The position numbers and the translations under genes were made by a program. Positions 60,001 to 64,000 of a stretch of 64,000 nucleotides of DNA are shown in pieces (positions within the stretch are counted from its first letter, which is position 1; every line of letters starts with the position of its first letter). Below the pieces are notes generated by a model. It did not search any database. It worked only from the letters and a program-made list of their open reading frames with translations, and had not been told where the DNA came from. This DNA comes from Macrostomum hystrix (Eukaryota; Animalia; Platyhelminthes), in assembly GCA_950097015.1 (NCBI GenBank), contig CATNEN010000034.1, positions 6,758,001 to 6,822,000 on the forward strand. The letters run 5' to 3'.

Positions 60001-62535
60001 GATCCTCTGAGAAAAATATGTTCTATAGGCTCTATAGATTAGTCAAGTTGAACTAGAGTTTAACATACTTTTCGACTTCCAATTTAGATCTCCCAAGCTA
60101 CTCCAGCTAGCATCCCACCCTACTCAGATCCCAAGCTACTCCAGCTAGCATCCCACCCTACTCAGATCCCAAGCTACTCCAGCTTGCATCCTGTCTCCAC
60201 CGCAGATCAGCATTGAGCGCGAGGACTCATCCGTGGAAACTGAGCTGCGGCGCATCCGTCAGGAGGTGGAAATCTTGCGCAACCTGCGCCACCGCAACAT
60301 TGTGCAGCTGCTGGGCACCCGTTGCGTTGGTGACATGTTCTACATCATCATGGAGTTCGTGCCAGGTGGCAGCATCCGCGGCCTGCTCGACAGATACGGT
60401 CCGCTGTCGGAGCGAGTCTGCCGGCGCTACCTCCGCCAGGTGGTCAGCGGGGTGGCTTTCCTGCACGAGAACGGCGTAGTTCACCGCGACATCAAGGTAG
60501 AATAATAATTGTTTCATGTTTGATAATTGTTGCGAACAAATTTGTGACGAATTTGACACACGGATCTGACGTAGGGCCACAACATCATGGTGACGGACGC
60601 CGGCGTAATCAAACTGATTGACTTCGGCTGCGCCAAGCGACTGCACGCTACGCAGATGTCTCTCTCGGGCAAGCGAGCCCAGCAGCAGATGTCGCTGGAG
60701 GGTACGCCGTACTGGATGGCGCCCGAGGTGGTGCTGGAGGCTGGGCACGGCGCCAAATCTGACTGCTGGTCAGTTGGCTGCACACTGCTGGAGATGGCCA
60801 CGACCCAGCCGCCATTTGCTGACATGCCGCCGATGGCTGCCATCTTCGCCATCGGCAACGGACAGCCGAAGCCGCCGCCTTTGCCGGTGGATTTTTCAGC
60901 TGATGCGCACGCCTTCTATGCCGGCTGTCTGGCCAGGGATCAGGCACTGCGGCCAGCCGCCCAGGATTTGGCCAGGCACCGCTTCCTGCGGCCCAGATCG
61001 CGGTGAGACAGAGGGCGTGGAGGCTTGGACTAGGAAAAGTGTGCTGCCAGGACTGGGGGAGTGGGTGCTGCCAGACTGGGGGAGTGGGTGCTGCCAGACT
61101 GGGGGCGTGTGTGCTGCCAGACTGGGTTAGTGTGTGCTGCCAGACTGGGTTAGTGTGTGCTGCCAGACTGGGGGAGTGGGTGCTGCCAGACTGGGGGAGT
61201 GGGTTCTGCCAGACTGGGGGAGTGGGTGCTGCCAGACTGGGGGGAGTGGGTGCTGCCAGACTGGGGAGTGGGTGCTGCCAGACTGGGGGAGTGGGTGCTG
61301 CCAGACTGGGGGAGTGGGTTCTGCCAGACTGGGGAGTGGGTTCTGCCAGACTGGGGGGAGTGGGTGCTGCCAGACTGGGGAGTGGGTGCTGCCAGACTGG
61401 GGAGTGGGTTCTGCCAGACTGGGGGGAGTGGGTTCTGCCAGACTGGGGGAGTGGGTGCTGCCAGACTGGGGGAGTGGGTGCTGCCAGACTGGGGGAGTGG
61501 GTGCTGCCAGACTGGGGGAGTGGGTGCTGCCAGACTGGGGGAGTGGGTGCTGCCAGACTGGGGGAGTGGGGTGCTGCCAGACTGGGGGAGTGGGTGCTGC
61601 CAGACTGGGGGAGTGGGTTCTGCCAGACTGGGGAGTGGGTTCTGCCAGACTGGGGGGAGTGGGTGCTGCCAGACTGGGGGAGTGGGTGCTGCCAGACTGG
61701 GGAGTGGGTTCTGCCAGACTGGGGGGAGTGGGTGCTGCCAGACTGGGGGAGTGGGTGCTGCCAGACTGGGGAGTGGGTTCTGCCAGACTGGGGGGAGTGG
61801 GTTCTGCCAGACTGGGGGAGTGGGTGCTGCCAGACTGGGGGGAGTGGGTGCTGCCAGACTGGGGGAGTGGGTTCTGCCAGACTGGGGGGAGTGGGTGCTG
61901 CCAGACTGGGGGAGTGGGTTCTGCCAGACTGGGGGGAGTGGGTGCTGCCAGACTGGGGGAGTGGGTGCTGCCAGACTGGGGAGTGGGTTCTGCCAGACTG
62001 GGGAGTGGGTGCTGCCAGACTGGGGGGAGTGGGTGCTGCCAGACTGGGGAGTGGGTTCTGCCAGACTGGGGAGTGGGTTCTGCCAGACTGGGGAGTGGGT
62101 TCTGCCAGACTGGGGAGTGGGTTCTGCCAGACTGGGGAGTGGGTGCTGCCAGACTGGGGGAGTGGGTGCTGCCAGACTGGGGGGAGTGGGTGCTGCCAGA
62201 CTGGGGGAGTGGGTTCTGCCAGACTGGGGGGAGTGGGTGCTGCCAGACTGGGGGGAGTGGGTGCTGCCAGACTGGGGGGAGTGGGTGCTGCCAGACTGGG
62301 GGAGTGGGTGCTGCCAGACTGGGGGAGTGGGTGCTGCCAGACTGGTGGGATTGGGTTCTGGGCTCTGAGAATGTGGGAGTGTGTTAGGAATAGTAATTCC
62401 TTAAAGTACATGCAGCTGATATCAGTATTCTCTACTAGTCAAGCTAAGCTGCGAGTATTTGTCGCAAAAACCTATTCTCTTAGAGCTGAGAGCGGCGGCG
62501 CAAGCGGCGGCAGTGTCAGCAGCGGCGGCCTTTGA
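57078..62535 (+). CDS. MAP3K19: Ankyrin-repeat + MAP3K19/YSK4-like STE11-family kinase, with two apparent +1 frameshifts in exon 2
   Basis: Exons 57078-57485, 57572-59952, 60206-60496, 60575-61002 and candidate last exon 62484-62535. Ankyrin motifs GDTPLLMAA, RSPLHFVA, YTPLHCAC, STPLHLSA. Kinase motifs LGSGSFGVV, IAVKQ, HRDIKGHNIMV, GVIKLIDFGCA, GTPYWMAPE. The frame changes near 58140 and 58720. Confidence 0.82.
60092..60190. repeat. 38-bp unit x2.6 just before a kinase acceptor
   Basis: cccaagctactccagctagcatcccaccctactcagat at 60092, 60130 and 60168 (partial). Confidence 0.9.
61040..62350. repeat. G-rich 22-24-bp minisatellite gtgggtgctgccagactggggga
   Basis: About 57 copies with variable G-run length. 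Confidence 0.97.
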
Positions 62536-64000
62536 ACTGGTTTTCGCAGTTGTTTTAGAAAACAATCTTTTATATCTCCCAGTGATTTAGCATAATTAAT
62601 AATAGCACTCATTTTATTAATTTATGGCAAGAATGTCCTTTTGATAGGCTTAAACTCCTTGAGGATGATAGATAACAGATCCATGAGGATGATGAAATAC
62701 AATTATATTATTTTCCAATTGTCAGTGCAGTTGCATAGGTGTCTTGGCAGTTCTTCGGTCGCTGATGTTTGTTTGATTCCACTCTAAAGTAAACCTTTAA
62801 TCACAATAGTTTTCATTTTCATTAGAATTTTTTTCTCATTTTATTAAACCTAAATTGAGACTGCTCAAATTCTATTTTTATTGTTCTAAGTGCATATGTA
62901 TAATATGTATAACTGTGTAAAAGGCTTCACGCCAGACGCTGCTTTCTCAAAGTCACTTTTAAAGTACTTTTCGGCTTCAAAGTCTCATTTCAAACTGAAA
63001 TTAAAACGATACGTATGTAGATTTTCAAATGTTTCGCTGAAGCTATTGTACTTGTACTTTTATTGAATAGCCACAAACACTTCAATCATGCGTGTGCCTT
63101 TTAGTGTCAAGAAATGGATCGCTTGCTGTTCTTTTTTTATTTTTTTCGTTTTTACTGGCCCTTTTGGCAACTTTAATTAAATAGTTTCCTGCAGACTGCT
63201 TTCCAAATTGTTACTGTACATAGATCATAACTCAATACTCTTTTCAGAAACCTACTGCATACGTCTGTGCCTGAAAATAGTTTCTTTGCTTTTGTTTTCA
63301 TAGTATCGCAAGATTTTCTTACATTTTTTGTTTTCCCGCACATTTTGCCTCGGATTTACTGATAGTGCTAGATGCATCAGTGCCGTGTTTTTTGTCTCAT
63401 AATTCCAAAATAAAATACGAGCGTAGCTTGCAAATCATGATCACGATAATGATCTTGGGAATCTAAATTTCTACTAGACAAGGTGGGTCACATACATAAT
63501 ATAGAGATTGATAGAACTGGTTTCCAAGAATTGCAAAAGACTAAGCACCATCGACCAATAAAGTAGCTCCTCAAACTATAGCATTTCAGTAGTCTGTTAC
63601 GCTTGTCAAACTAGTAAAATGTTAAAGTAACACGAAATGCAGCATCTTCTAATTAAGCTGCTCTGACTTCTGAACATTCATTTAAATAAACAAAGGCAAC
63701 GTATGCACTTCAGAGCTGATGCTTGTTCGCTTTTTTCAAGTGCGCAAATTACCATAAATAGTGTGGTATAGCAAACACTCTAAACGAGTAAGCACTAGTA
63801 TGATCTTTTAGTTACATGGGCAGTCTCAATTTATTTACACTTTATGGCTCCAGTCAGATAATTTTCATCATATCGAAGTTTTTTCAGAAACAAAATACTC
63901 GTATTACTGAAGCATGGATGGCGACTGTTTACATTTATCCACTAAGTACACAAACCCAATCAAATATGTTCTAAGAGCTAACATATGATTTTTGACCAAT

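Noticed and set aside
61003-62411. 400-587 aa repeat ORFs on both strands
   Set aside because: G-rich minisatellite; only the last 17 codons (62484-62535) are plausibly exonic.

Overview
Eukaryotic (animal) genomic DNA: GC-rich, GT-AG-spliced exons lie in AT-rich non-coding sequence packed with locus-specific minisatellites. The style resembles a repeat-rich flatworm genome such as Macrostomum (inference only). Five genes can be assembled by hand with consistent splice phases: casein kinase 1 gamma (-), CNNM metal transporter (-), PP2A B56 regulatory subunit (+), a GPI-anchored Ly6/uPAR three-finger protein (-), and an ankyrin-repeat + MAP3K19-like kinase (+) carrying two apparent +1 frameshifts. 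Mobile DNA includes a Merlin/IS1595-type deletion derivative with TIRs and an 8-bp TSD, a defective intron-containing FLYWCH-MULE transposon, a CORE-SINE-like element, an RT/RNase H LINE remnant, a small MITE and a nested foldback. About 25 different tandem arrays (units about 14-61 bp, up to 8.3 kb) are present. Many fill an intron almost from splice site to splice site, and almost all long ORFs in the ORF track are artefacts of these arrays. No prokaryotic features, CRISPR, rRNA or tRNA were recognised.
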